Shown here: positions 36,701 through 45,168 of the stretch, piece after piece
How the letters are laid out: each line of letters begins with the position of its first letter
Numbering within the stretch: position 1 is the stretch's first letter
Assembly (NCBI GenBank): GCA_041484665.1
Contig: JBGPIA010000001.1
Coordinates: 704,001 to 768,000, forward strand
DNA: 64,000 nucleotides
Direction of reading: 5' to 3'
Source: Candidatus Krumholzibacteriia bacterium
GTDB taxonomy: Bacteria; Krumholzibacteriota; Krumholzibacteriia; JAJRXK01
Program-made: the position numbers and the translations under genes
Notes under the pieces: generated by a model
Database searches by the model: none
The model's input: the letters and a program-made list of their open reading frames with translations, nothing else
Told to the model about the DNA's origin: nothing

Positions 36701-39700
36701 TCAGCGCGAAACCGTAGGCGCGCACCTCGCCGAGGGCCCCGTTGAACTCGTCGCTGTAGTGCCCAGCGCCGCCATAGGTGCCGCTGCCCAGCAGCAGCTC
36801 GCTGGCCTGACCGCCCAGATTCGCGGGCGTCGCGGTCAGCGTGCGCGCGCCATTGACGTAGGCGCACACCTGGCTGGCCGACTTCGTCACGGCCAGGTGC
36901 ACCCAGCGCTGGGGCGCCACGTTGGCGATCGATTGCCAGCTACCGTTGTAAACCTGCAGTTGCCCGTTCTGCAGCGCCACGCTCATGCCTGCAAACGGCG
37001 CGCCGTAGCTCGACAGCCACTCCAGCACGTACGAGCGCGTGAGCACGTCGGTGGGCGTCTTCAGCCACAGCTCCACGGTGGCTGCCGCGGGGTTCTGCAG
37101 TTGCGGGATGCTCCCGGCGGCGACGCGCGCCAGGTCGTCGACCCCGTCGAAGGCCAGCCGGTAGGGATCGCCCACCACTCCGCCGCCGTTCCAACCGCTG
37201 GCGGCGCCCGGGGTCGTGAAGCCCGAAAGCGCGGCGTTGTGCCCAGCAGCGAGGTCAACCCACGGCGATGCCGCGCCTGGCACCGCCGGCGCCGAGCTCC
37301 CGTTGGCCTGGGCCGCGCGCAGCTCCAGGGCCGCTGCGGGCGGCAGCGAGTGGTCGTAGACGAGCGCGGTGTCGCGCGCGCTCGCTCCCTGGCTGTCGGT
37401 GACGGTCAGGATGATCTCGAGATAGAGGTTTGCGCCCCCCGCAGTCCCCGGCACGATCGACGTCGTGGCGACGCCCGGCGGGTGGAGGTAGTTGGGGGTG
37501 GTACTGGCGCCGTTGTGCAGGTTGACCGTCCACATGTAGTGCAGCGCGCTCGGGGGATCCTCCACGTCGGTGGCGCTGGCGACGAGCGGCAGCGATGCCT
37601 GCGGATTGGTGTACTCACCGCCGTCGGCTGGCGCTGTGATGCTCGCTTGTGGGGGAAAGTTGCCCACCACCTGGATCGGGAAGGGCGCCGTGCCGAGCAA
37701 ACCGCTGCCGTCGGTCACCGTGAGAGTGGCGGTATAGCTGCCCGGATTCTGGTACACGTGCGCCGGGCTCGCCGTGGTCGAGGTTGCGCCGTCCCCGAAC
37801 GCCCACGCGTCGGTCAGGACGTCGCCGTCTGGATCGTAGGAGCTGTCGGTGAACTGCACCGTCAGCGGCGCGGACCCCGCGGCCGGCACTGCGGTGGCCG
37901 CAGCCACGGGAGGTACCTCGTTGAACGCCAGCCGTTGCAGGCGGGCGGTCACCGGCACGTCAAAATCCCAGGTCTTGGTGATGTACCCGACGCGCTGCAC
38001 GGGCGCGCCCACGGTCTGGGTTCCGGCGACGGTCCAGGGACTGGCATCGGCGGCGCGGTATTCGAACGAGTACGTGGAGCCCGTCTTCACCACGCGCAGG
38101 CTCAGCGTCGTCGCCGCACTCATAACGTTGAGCAGATTACTGGCGCCCGTGCGCTCCAGGCGCAGGTTGGTGCCGCGGTAGAAACCCCAGTAGAAAAGAT
38201 CGTAGGGGCCGAAGCCCACCATCAGACCGGAGTGGAACAGCTGCGCCGAGACGAAGCTGCTGAGCGTGACCCGCGTCTCCAGCGTCCAGTTCCCCGCGCC
38301 CATGTCGGTGCGGCGCAGCTGGGGCGCGCGGTCGATGGTGGGCGAGTGGTTGTAGGGGACCGACAGCGCGTTGGGAACCGCGAGGTCGAGGGGGAAGTGG
38401 GCCGGCGCGAAGGGCAGCGCCAGGCTCGGCCCCGGCAGCGGCGCGTACCATTCCCAAGCCTTGCTGGAGGGAATCACTGGCGCCGGCGCCGAGCGGGGGC
38501 TCACCTTCGGGGGCGCCTCGTTGTCCACCGCCTCGATCGTGTACGTGTAGGTGAGGCCATTGGCGATCGCCGAGACCGATCCGTCGTCGACGAACGAGTT
38601 CGCGACGACCGGAACCGGTGTGAGCTTCACCTCGGGCCCACCGAGCGCGCTCGTGCGGTAGACGTTGTAGCCGACCAGGTCGGACTCGGGGTTGTAGCCC
38701 CAGTTCAGCAGCACCTTGGCCTGCTGCGGAATCGCCCGCAGGCCGGTGGGCTGCACAGGCGCCACGCCGGCGCCGGTGGGTCCAGTGTAGTGGATGCGCA
38801 GGATCCGCTTGCTCGCCCACGAGCAATACATGAAGTCGCCACTCACCGGGTCGAGGCGGATCTCCACCGGATTGCCCAGATTGCTCCCGAAGTCCTGCAC
38901 GTCGACGACGTGGTCGCTGGCGTCGAGCACGGCCATGTTCAGCCAGCTCGATGGGTAGTCGCAGAAGAACAGCCGCTTGCGGTACTGGATGGGGTAGCCC
39001 GTTCCCTGGTAATAGGCGCCGCCGGCAGCGGCGTTGCCATAGATTCCGCCGATCGGCGCCGAGTCGGCGGTGAGGCCGTTGTGGGGCCATTCGATGCTTG
39101 GCGCGGTCAGCCCGGCGCCGCCGGGCGGGCACGCACCGCGGGGGGGAACGCCGGCGTACGGGTAGTCCGTCTGCTCGCCTGAGCCCTCGTTGCAGGGCCA
39201 GCCGAAGTTCTCGCCGCCCCTGCAGACGTTGATCTCCTCCCAGCGGTTCCAGCCCACGTCGCCGACGAACAGCGTGCCGGGGCGCGCGTCGGCGGGGTTG
39301 GTCGAGCCGCTGCCACGCCGGATGGTCATGCGGTATGGATTGCGCAGGCCACGGGCCCAGATGCGCGAGATGCTGCTGCGCGGATGGGCGGCGTCGTAGA
39401 AGGGATTGCTCGGGATGCCGTCGCCATTGGCGGGGTTCAGGCGCAGGATCTTGCCCGACAGGCTCCCCGTCCACTGCGAGCGATAGGCGCCGATGTCCTC
39501 GAGGGGATCGCTGCGCCCGGGCAGGAACTGATTGGGCTCGAGCCCGCCGGCGTCGGCGCGGTCGTAGTGAGCACCATCCCCGCAGGAGAACAGCAGCGTG
39601 CCGTCGTCGCCGAACAGCAGCGTTCCGGTGCTGTGCGAGTAGTATGCGGATGTGACGCCCAGCGGCCAGGTCTCTCCCACCAGCACGAGCCGGCTCGCCG

Positions 39701-40214
39701 GGTCGGCGATGTAGGGATTCGCGGTGCTCCGGGTATAGCGAACGATGCGCAAGAAGCCGAGCTGGTCCAGGTCCGGGGTGCCGGGATCGGTTTCGACGCT
39801 GTAGGCGAGGTAGAGGTAGCCGTTCGTGGCGTAATACGGGTCGAGCGCGATGCCCAGCATCCCGCGGTCCGCGTTGTCGAGCACCTCGGCCCCGAGGTCC
39901 AGGAATGGCATCGCGCGCCGGGTGTAGGTCGGGGGGCTGCCCCCAGCGGACTCGAGGATCTGCACCTGCCCGCGCTTCTCCGCCACGAAGATGCGTCCGT
40001 CGGGGGCGAAGGCGAGGCCCACGGGATCGACGAACGTGGCCGTTGGCGCGATGTCCATGGCCTGGAAGTTGTTTGGGAAGAGCTGGGCGCGCGCCGGCGC
40101 CGCGGGACCGAGGGCCAGCGCGGCGGTCGCGAGCAACCCCGCCATCGTCCGCCCGAGGGCGGCCCGGCCGGCCTTGCCGCACGGCCGGCGAGCATCACGA
40201 TGCGTGCGATCCAC
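33786..40214 (-). CDS. Large secreted multidomain protein (2142 aa): PQQ-dependent glucose/sorbosone dehydrogenase-like propeller, FN3, PKD, two LamG, IPT-like, cohesin-like, FN3/dockerin-like module, FlgD-Ig CTD
   Basis: AGGAGG RBS before GTG 40214; signal peptide; DRGMLGIALDP, GKILR, GLRNPYR, DVGW..WEE and NFGWP; PKD W.FGDG; CTD PNPFNP...WDG.D..G..VASGVY. Confidence 0.85.
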   Translation of the reverse strand: MDRTHRDARRPCGKAGRAALGRTMAGLLATAALALGPAAPARAQLFPNNFQAMDIAPTATFVDPVGLAFAPDGRIFVAEKRGQVQILESAGGSPPTYTRRAMPFLDLGAEVLDNADRGMLGIALDPYYATNGYLYLAYSVETDPGTPDLDQLGFLRIVRYTRSTANPYIADPASRLVLVGETWPLGVTSAYYSHSTGTLLFGDDGTLLFSCGDGAHYDRADAGGLEPNQFLPGRSDPLEDIGAYRSQWTGSLSGKILRLNPANGDGIPSNPFYDAAHPRSSISRIWARGLRNPYRMTIRRGSGSTNPADARPGTLFVGDVGWNRWEEINVCRGGENFGWPCNEGSGEQTDYPYAGVPPRGACPPGGAGLTAPSIEWPHNGLTADSAPIGGIYGNAAAGGAYYQGTGYPIQYRKRLFFCDYPSSWLNMAVLDASDHVVDVQDFGSNLGNPVEIRLDPVSGDFMYCSWASKRILRIHYTGPTGAGVAPVQPTGLRAIPQQAKVLLNWGYNPESDLVGYNVYRTSALGGPEVKLTPVPVVANSFVDDGSVSAIANGLTYTYTIEAVDNEAPPKVSPRSAPAPVIPSSKAWEWYAPLPGPSLALPFAPAHFPLDLAVPNALSVPYNHSPTIDRAPQLRRTDMGAGNWTLETRVTLSSFVSAQLFHSGLMVGFGPYDLFYWGFYRGTNLRLERTGASNLLNVMSAATTLSLRVVKTGSTYSFEYRAADASPWTVAGTQTVGAPVQRVGYITKTWDFDVPVTARLQRLAFNEVPPVAAATAVPAAGSAPLTVQFTDSSYDPDGDVLTDAWAFGDGATSTTASPAHVYQNPGSYTATLTVTDGSGLLGTAPFPIQVVGNFPPQASITAPADGGEYTNPQASLPLVASATDVEDPPSALHYMWTVNLHNGASTTPNYLHPPGVATTSIVPGTAGGANLYLEIILTVTDSQGASARDTALVYDHSLPPAAALELRAAQANGSSAPAVPGAASPWVDLAAGHNAALSGFTTPGAASGWNGGGVVGDPYRLAFDGVDDLARVAAGSIPQLQNPAAATVELWLKTPTDVLTRSYVLEWLSSYGAPFAGMSVALQNGQLQVYNGSWQSIANVAPQRWVHLAVTKSASQVCAYVNGARTLTATPANLGGQASELLLGSGTYGGAGHYSDEFNGALGEVRAYGFALTAGQVAVRLAQSAALYANAPLLTTILPAAATNESNLTGVQLTGDAFVAGATVRLRRAGQPDIVATSVAVAGATQLTCNLPLTGAAPGAWDVVVTNPNGQSGVLAGGFTLSPPPLLAFELRADRANGSTPPAVPGAAGPWVDLVAGRAVGLSGFTSPGAASGWRGQGVRGDPYRLRFDGIDDRATLSAGGLAALQSPTTATVELWLAAGSNLAARQIALEWVQSYASPWPGCAIAVQNDSLRARLVRWVALAPVTAGTFHHVALSYDAAGVRAYVDGALRYSSATTGLGSQVSELVLGGGTSGGAGIYGNFFDGDLGQVRIYRVALDGLAVAASYATGFSTFGPPPPTPVLSLSPAAGALAAAAQSSLDLRYDDLGGGNPLRGVSAEIGYDPAVFSVVSAVKGPFLETTGGATSFFAANTSAPGTIRIDQSLLGATPGAHGFGVLATVTLRVQPGAPEGASALPLTVMGLVDVADPPQSLSAQAVGAARAIDLTPPGAPTALTLLPLHQGVRLGITPPAADFAGLTLFYRPWSLTADAGYPDFDDAVPAPAWPATLTEARAPANGWTELQLDAPLTLPYTVPLPQRTIVSLIALSRDAAGNLSDLASAPRKRATNYRLGDLGDLGAGGQPVPAFDGRVDGAHDLPVLSLTYGLQRGNAAYLGGADIGPTSDATGTGLPLTDGKVDFSDLVVFALNFGLAPAKLGAMPLAVLPQEPDSGPLRIALGEPAFTAPAGGAQPANGSLGGTPASGAPAQVDLPLQIRGNGGALKALHVALEYDRQRLRYLGFRRADVLDVAGAPVFVSDAAGQSAAAGTVVLDLAVLGQGATLRGDGTLLTLQLEVLGELGGALQPREVQALGVDGQTLAIEIAQLARASVVTPPSAFRLLAAIPNPFNPRTTLRFETPVQGFVRLRVFDVAGRLVRNLLAQDLPAGYHAVEWDGHDDRGGFVASGVYLYELAASNFRDVKKALLVK
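34614..35222 (-). repeat. Copy A of an FN3-like plus dockerin-like module shared with the multiheme cytochrome
   Basis: YPDFDD, ANGW, RATNYRLGDLG, DGRVDGAHDLPVLSLTYG, DIGPT and PLTDGKVDFSDLVVFALNFG. Confidence 0.8.
35690..37343 (-). repeat. Internal duplication of a LamG-like domain (about 36660-37343 and 35690-36369), separated by an IPT-like domain
   Basis: Both copies read ELRA..ANGS..PAVPGAA.PWVDL.AG....LSGFT.PGAASGW.G.GV.GDPYRL.FDG.DD...ATVELWL. Confidence 0.8.
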
Positions 40215-40237
40215 GTTTCCTCCTGCGCCCAGCCGCG

Positions 40238-41146
40238 TCAGTCTACCCGGACGAGCTTGGCGGATGCGCGCCGTCCATCGGGCAGGGCCGCCACGGCGTA
40301 GTAGACGCCGCGTCCGACGAGCTGGCCCGCGGCATCGCGGCCATCCCACTGCACGACCCCCGGCTCCGCGCGCGCCGTGAAGGCGCGCACCCGGCGGCCA
40401 GCCACGTCGTGGATCACGATCAGCACCAAGTCTTGCTGGCCGCCTGCGGTGGCCAGGGGAGGACCTCCGCCCGGGGCGGCGCCGTTGACCGTGGCCGGTG
40501 CACCGGCCAAGGCGACCCCACCGAGGATCAGGAGCACGGGACCGCGCGACGGATTCGGCTCCGCGCGCAGGCGCAGCGCTGCCGGGCGCAGCGCCACAGG
40601 CGCATCGACCGTTCCGATGACGACCGTGGCCGTCCGCAGCGTGACGCCCGCGATGACGGCGCGGTCCACGTCGCGCAGAACGGCGTCGGTTAGCTGCACC
40701 GTGATCACTCCGTCGGCCAGGCCACGGAACGTCACCATGGCGAGCGTACCCGTAGCCGCGACGCTCGATCCGAAGCCGAGCACGCAGTCCGTGAGCACGT
40801 CGCGCCCCTGGGCGTCGCTCTCGAGGCTGAAGAACGTCGGCTGAGCAGCGCCGGAGAAGAGCGAGCCTTCCGCCGCAGAGACCAGTTCCAGCAGGTTGCG
40901 GTCGTACTGCAGGGTGAGGGCGTAGCACGATAGCCGCGACAGTCTGAGATCCGCCTCGATCGATAGGGTGAATTGCGTAGCGGGCGTCTGCCACATGTTG
41001 AACGGCTCGAAGTGGACGTCCTTGTTCTGGGCGTGCGATGCGGCTGCCGGCAGCGCAAGCGCCCCGGCCAGCAGTCCGATCCGCAGCGCATGCCGAACGC
41101 GCCCGCCGCCGCGTGCGAGCGCCGTTGGCTGATGGAGTGGACGCAT
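40238..41146 (-). CDS. Secreted cohesin-like domain protein with FlgD-Ig CTD
   Basis: Signal peptide; L.LQYD..LLEL.S..EG.LF...GTLA.VTF cohesin-like pattern; CTD PNP...IHDVAGR...WDGRD..G.....GVY; alternative start at 41167. Confidence 0.78.
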   Translation of the reverse strand: MRPLHQPTALARGGGRVRHALRIGLLAGALALPAAASHAQNKDVHFEPFNMWQTPATQFTLSIEADLRLSRLSCYALTLQYDRNLLELVSAAEGSLFSGAAQPTFFSLESDAQGRDVLTDCVLGFGSSVAATGTLAMVTFRGLADGVITVQLTDAVLRDVDRAVIAGVTLRTATVVIGTVDAPVALRPAALRLRAEPNPSRGPVLLILGGVALAGAPATVNGAAPGGGPPLATAGGQQDLVLIVIHDVAGRRVRAFTARAEPGVVQWDGRDAAGQLVGRGVYYAVAALPDGRRASAKLVRVD

Positions 41147-41182
41147 CGAGCAACTGCTCCTTCCCATTGGGGACCGCGCCGG

Positions 41183-44176
41183 CTAGCGCACCAGGGCCAT
41201 GCGCCGCAGGGCCGTCCGCCCTGCCGCCTCGGCGCGGGCCACGTACACGCCGCTGGCGACCGCTCTGCCGAGCTCGTCGGTGCCGTCCCAGACCAGCGCG
41301 TGTACGCCGGCCTCGTGGTGACCGCGCAGCAGCGTCTTGATCCGGCGGCCCGCCAGGTCGTACACGGCCACGTCGACGTCCGAGGGCGCCGCCAGCGTCA
41401 GCTCGAGCGTAGTGCGGGGATTGAACGGGTTGGGGATGTTGGGCGACACGGTGATCGCCGCGCGCGACGGCGGCGGCCGATCGCCACCGCGCAGCGTGAG
41501 CTGCGCGGGCAGCGGCGCGCCGGCGGCGTCGCGCACGTCGATCGCCGCGGTCGCAGCTGCCAGGTCGAACCCAGCTGAGGAACTCAGGATCAGCGTCGCC
41601 GCCAGGCCGTCGCGGCCCAGCCGCGTCCCCGGGCCCAGCAGGGCGATGTCCGCCGCGAGCTCGCCGTCGCGCGCGTACGCCTGCGCGAACGGCCGGCCCG
41701 GACCCTCCGTCAGGGCCGGGCCCGGCACCAGCCCCGGCGTGGGGACGGCGCGCGGTCCCGCGGTCAGGCCCACGTGCAGCGCCTTCACCCGGCCGGCGGC
41801 ACCCTCGACCTCGATCGGGATGCGCAGCTCGCCGTCGGCACCGAGCTGCGGCGGGCCGAGCGTGACGTACACGGGGCTCTCCGCCGCGGCCGAGGCGCCC
41901 GCCGCGAGCTTCTCGACCGTGGTGGGCACCGTCTCCAACAGCGGTCCGCCTGGATCGCTCGTCCCGAACGCCAGCGCGAAGGTCACCAGATCGCCGAAGT
42001 CGATCGCGTCGTCGGTGAGCGGGACCCCGCGGCTGGTGCCGTTGTCGGTGGGACCGATGTCGCACTCGGGGTTGAAGCCCGGCTGTCCGTCGTGGGTCCC
42101 GTAGGCGAGGGAAAAGACCGGTAGGTCGTGCACCCCGTTGACCACTCCGTCGTAGGTCTGTGGCACGCCGACTTCGCCCAAGTCGCCCAGCAGGTATGTG
42201 GTTGCCCGCGCGCGGGCAGCGGCGGTGCCGAAGGCGGGGATGCCGGCCGCGCTGTAGGTGTACGCCGCGTAGTAGGCCACGGCACGCGTGGCATTGGTGA
42301 AGCTCGCGTCGACGAAGCTGGTCCCCGTGCCGTCGTAGACCTGGACCCAGCCGTTCGCCAGCGCGTGATCCAACTGGACCTGGTCGGCGGGCGGCGGCAC
42401 CGCGGCCGGGGGATCGCCGAATTCGGGATAGTCGTTGTAGAGCTTGCGCAGCACCTTCACGCCCGCGACCGGCGGTCCGGGAATCCACGAGAGCACGACC
42501 CGATTGTGGCCGGGGACGGCCTGCAGCGCCGCCACGTTGGCCGGCGCCTGGGCCACCGGGATGCTGGCGCTGCCGCTGGTCATGTCCACCGGCGCGCTCT
42601 GCCCGTAACTCGACCAGTAGCTGTAGATCTTGTCGCCGCGGCTTTGGGCGTTGGGGTAACCACGGTCCTTGGGGTCGGGGCCGCTGTGGTTCTCGTCGCG
42701 CAGGAACTCCACGTACTCCCGCGAGGTGGTCTGGTAGCGCAGCATGGCGGTGACCCGCATCGGCCCCGCGATGCCCGCGGGCACCGGGATCGCGTACGTC
42801 ACGTCATCCCAGTGCGGGAGCTGGCCACCCGGCAACGGTACATAGTCGGCGCCGACGGGGGCGGTCTGCGCGTCGGGGACCATGCCGCGCGGCGGGATGC
42901 GGTTGTCCTTGACGATGCGGTTGTTCAGCACGAGGTGGAAGGTCGGCCCCTGCCCCTGCACGCCATGGCGCACTTCGTAGACCCGCAGCTGCGCATCGGC
43001 CACCAGCGTCGCGGTCGCACCGTCGTAGGCGCCCGACTCGAAGAACGGGACGCCGAAGACGTCCTTGGCCACGACGCTGAGCCACATGCGCCGCCCCTCG
43101 GGATAGCCGGTCGGGAGCTTGTGGCCCGTGTTGTTGGTCACGCGCACGGTGACTGCCACGCTGTCGCCAGCCACGGCCTGCGGCGGGACCGTGATCCCCA
43201 ACGTCGCGGCTTGCGTCTGCAGCATGGAGAGCGCCTGGTTGATCGTGTAGGTGTACGCGGCGGTGCGGTTGAGCAGCTGCCCATAGAGTCCGCGGAGGAT
43301 CGCCGGCACGAAGGTGTTCGCCCCGGTGAAGTCATGGCGCGAGATGTCGGACCGGAACGGATTGAAGGAGTTGCAGGCGTAGCCAGCCACCTCCGGCATG
43401 TGGCAGGTTTGGCACTGCTCCCCCTCGGCGGGAAACGCGCTCTGGAGCCACTCGCTGTAGGTCAGCTGCTCGGGGAACTGGAGCCCCGTGGGCTGGCCGT
43501 TGGCATCGAGCAGCTCCACCAGCGGGTTGCGCAGGTCGTGGCAGGCGGCGCAGAACTCGCTGCTCATGTGGTACGGCGAGGACGCGAAGGCGTGGGGGGC
43601 GAACGCGTCGGCGTACGGTCCACGGCGCGGCGGCTGCGCCGCCGGCGTGCCGTCGTCGACGTAGTACTGGCCGTTCTGCTTGAAGGGCGTGCCGCCAGGC
43701 CCCTCGTACGCCCGGTGGCAGAAGGCGCACGAGATCCCTTCGAAGTCGTTGTCCGGCTCGTCGGGATATCCGGTGAGCGCGCTGCCGTTGGGGACGCTGC
43801 TGCGCCCGCCCAGCCAGCCGGCCGGCGAATGGCAGCGGATGCAGAACTCGCCCACGCCGGCGTGGTCCTGGTTGGCCACGTCCAGCGCCGCCCAGAACAG
43901 CGGGTCGCGGGCTGAGTTGGCCATCATCGTGCCGGCCCACGTGTCGAACGGCTCGTAGTCGAGCCCCGCGATGTAGCCGCCGTGGCACGTCTTGCAGTCG
44001 CGCGGGAGCATGCCCCGCACGGCATTGCTGGGATCGGTGAACTCCAGCGGCCAGTTGACCAGCGTCCCCGGTTGGGTGCCCGGCAGCACGATCTGTGCGT
44101 GAGCTGGCGCACCACCCATCGCCAGCCGGGCGGTCAGCGCGAGCGCAAACGCGAGCCTAACCTGCAGGTGTTGCAT
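41183..44176 (-). CDS. Secreted pentaheme c-type cytochrome fused to FN3/dockerin-like, cohesin-like and FlgD-Ig domains (997 aa)
   Basis: Signal peptide; CKTCH, CIRCH, CAFCH, CAACH and CQTCH; GHKLPTGYPEGRR; CTD PNPFNP...WDGTD..G..VASGVY. Confidence 0.88.
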   Translation of the reverse strand: MQHLQVRLAFALALTARLAMGGAPAHAQIVLPGTQPGTLVNWPLEFTDPSNAVRGMLPRDCKTCHGGYIAGLDYEPFDTWAGTMMANSARDPLFWAALDVANQDHAGVGEFCIRCHSPAGWLGGRSSVPNGSALTGYPDEPDNDFEGISCAFCHRAYEGPGGTPFKQNGQYYVDDGTPAAQPPRRGPYADAFAPHAFASSPYHMSSEFCAACHDLRNPLVELLDANGQPTGLQFPEQLTYSEWLQSAFPAEGEQCQTCHMPEVAGYACNSFNPFRSDISRHDFTGANTFVPAILRGLYGQLLNRTAAYTYTINQALSMLQTQAATLGITVPPQAVAGDSVAVTVRVTNNTGHKLPTGYPEGRRMWLSVVAKDVFGVPFFESGAYDGATATLVADAQLRVYEVRHGVQGQGPTFHLVLNNRIVKDNRIPPRGMVPDAQTAPVGADYVPLPGGQLPHWDDVTYAIPVPAGIAGPMRVTAMLRYQTTSREYVEFLRDENHSGPDPKDRGYPNAQSRGDKIYSYWSSYGQSAPVDMTSGSASIPVAQAPANVAALQAVPGHNRVVLSWIPGPPVAGVKVLRKLYNDYPEFGDPPAAVPPPADQVQLDHALANGWVQVYDGTGTSFVDASFTNATRAVAYYAAYTYSAAGIPAFGTAAARARATTYLLGDLGEVGVPQTYDGVVNGVHDLPVFSLAYGTHDGQPGFNPECDIGPTDNGTSRGVPLTDDAIDFGDLVTFALAFGTSDPGGPLLETVPTTVEKLAAGASAAAESPVYVTLGPPQLGADGELRIPIEVEGAAGRVKALHVGLTAGPRAVPTPGLVPGPALTEGPGRPFAQAYARDGELAADIALLGPGTRLGRDGLAATLILSSSAGFDLAAATAAIDVRDAAGAPLPAQLTLRGGDRPPPSRAAITVSPNIPNPFNPRTTLELTLAAPSDVDVAVYDLAGRRIKTLLRGHHEAGVHALVWDGTDELGRAVASGVYVARAEAAGRTALRRMALVR
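41963..42547 (-). repeat. Copy B of the FN3-like plus dockerin-like module
   Basis: YPEFGD, ANGW, RATTYLLGDLG, DGVVNGVHDLPVFSLAYG, DIGPT and PLTDDAIDFGDLVTFALAFG. Confidence 0.8.
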
Positions 44177-44238
44177 GCAGTTGGGGTACGACAGGGGCGC
44201 CGGGGAAACTGGGGTCGGATCCGGATGATGCAACCTCG

Positions 44239-44254
44239 AGCAATCCCGGGGCCT
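44239..44254 (-). promoter_or_regulatory. Possible sigma54 promoter for the secreted three-gene cluster
   Basis: Minus strand AGGCCCC-GGGA-TTGCT (GG-N10-GC), about 60 nt upstream of ATG 44176. Confidence 0.35.
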
Positions 44255-44353
44255 GTCTGCCCGCAACGCCCGGAAGCCGGCAGACGTGACCCGGACGATG
44301 CAGGAGCTTGAGGAAGCCCGGGGCCCCGAGCGCGGCCGACCAGCAGCGTCAGT

Positions 44354-45115
44354 CTAGCCGCGCTTCAAGGATACCACAGCGCGGCCGGTCGCGGGCGCGC
44401 CAGCCAGTGGTTTCGCAGGCGCGCCGCCAGACGCCGAGACCGCGCGCTGCGCCTCACCGCGGTGGGGGCCCAGGTTGGCCAGCAGTCCCAGGTTGTTCAG
44501 CAACTCCTGGATGCCGTCGTCGGTAGCGGCGTAGTAGCCCCGGATGCGTCCTTCCTGGTCCACGAGCACGAAGCGCTCCCCGTGGACGATGTCGAAGAAT
44601 CCGGTGTCCTCCACCGCGGTCCGCTGCATCGCGATCTTGAAGCCGTCGACAATCGTCGACTGCAGGACGTCCAGCGGCCCGGTCAGGAAGGTCCACATGT
44701 CGTGCCGTGCGTGGTAGCGGTCGGCGTAGGCGCGCAGCACCAGCGGCGTGTCGCGCTGTGGATCCACGCTGAACGAGACCAGGTGGGCGGCGTTGCCGAC
44801 GTTGCGCAGGTGGTACTGGAGGTCCGACATGCGCTGGCTGAGCCGCGGGCAGGCTTCCGCGCAGCTCGTGAAGATGAAATCGGCCACCCACACGTGGCCC
44901 CGCAGGTCAGCCAACCCGAACGGCTTGCCGTCCTGGTCTTGGAGCTGGAAGGCGGGCAGCTGTCCGTAGACGGGCGGCGGAGGCGGCAACTGGCGGCCCA
45001 CCGAGCGGGCGATGGGCAGGGCGAACGCCAGCCCTATGAGCCCCACCCAGAAGAAGCGGTTGCCCGTGAGCCGGAAGGCGAGGCGTTGCACCGTGGTCTT
45101 GAGCATGGGCGTCAT
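44354..45115 (-). CDS. SCO1/SenC copper chaperone
   Basis: FIFTSCAEACP (CxxxC), SVDP.RDTP and IVH...F.LVD..G.IRGYY; AGGAGG RBS; start 45115 or 45106. Confidence 0.92.
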   Translation of the reverse strand: MTPMLKTTVQRLAFRLTGNRFFWVGLIGLAFALPIARSVGRQLPPPPPVYGQLPAFQLQDQDGKPFGLADLRGHVWVADFIFTSCAEACPRLSQRMSDLQYHLRNVGNAAHLVSFSVDPQRDTPLVLRAYADRYHARHDMWTFLTGPLDVLQSTIVDGFKIAMQRTAVEDTGFFDIVHGERFVLVDQEGRIRGYYAATDDGIQELLNNLGLLANLGPHRGEAQRAVSASGGAPAKPLAGAPATGRAVVSLKRG

Positions 45116-45168
45116 CCTCCTCGCGCCGATCCCGGGGGCGCCCGCCACGGGCGACCGCGGTCGGGCCG

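Noticed and set aside
33786..42488. 2900-aa giant ORF in the track
   Set aside because: The first ~760 codons are Arg/Gly/Ala-rich off-frame read-through across two real genes. The real protein starts at GTG 40214, after an AGGAGG RBS and with a signal peptide.
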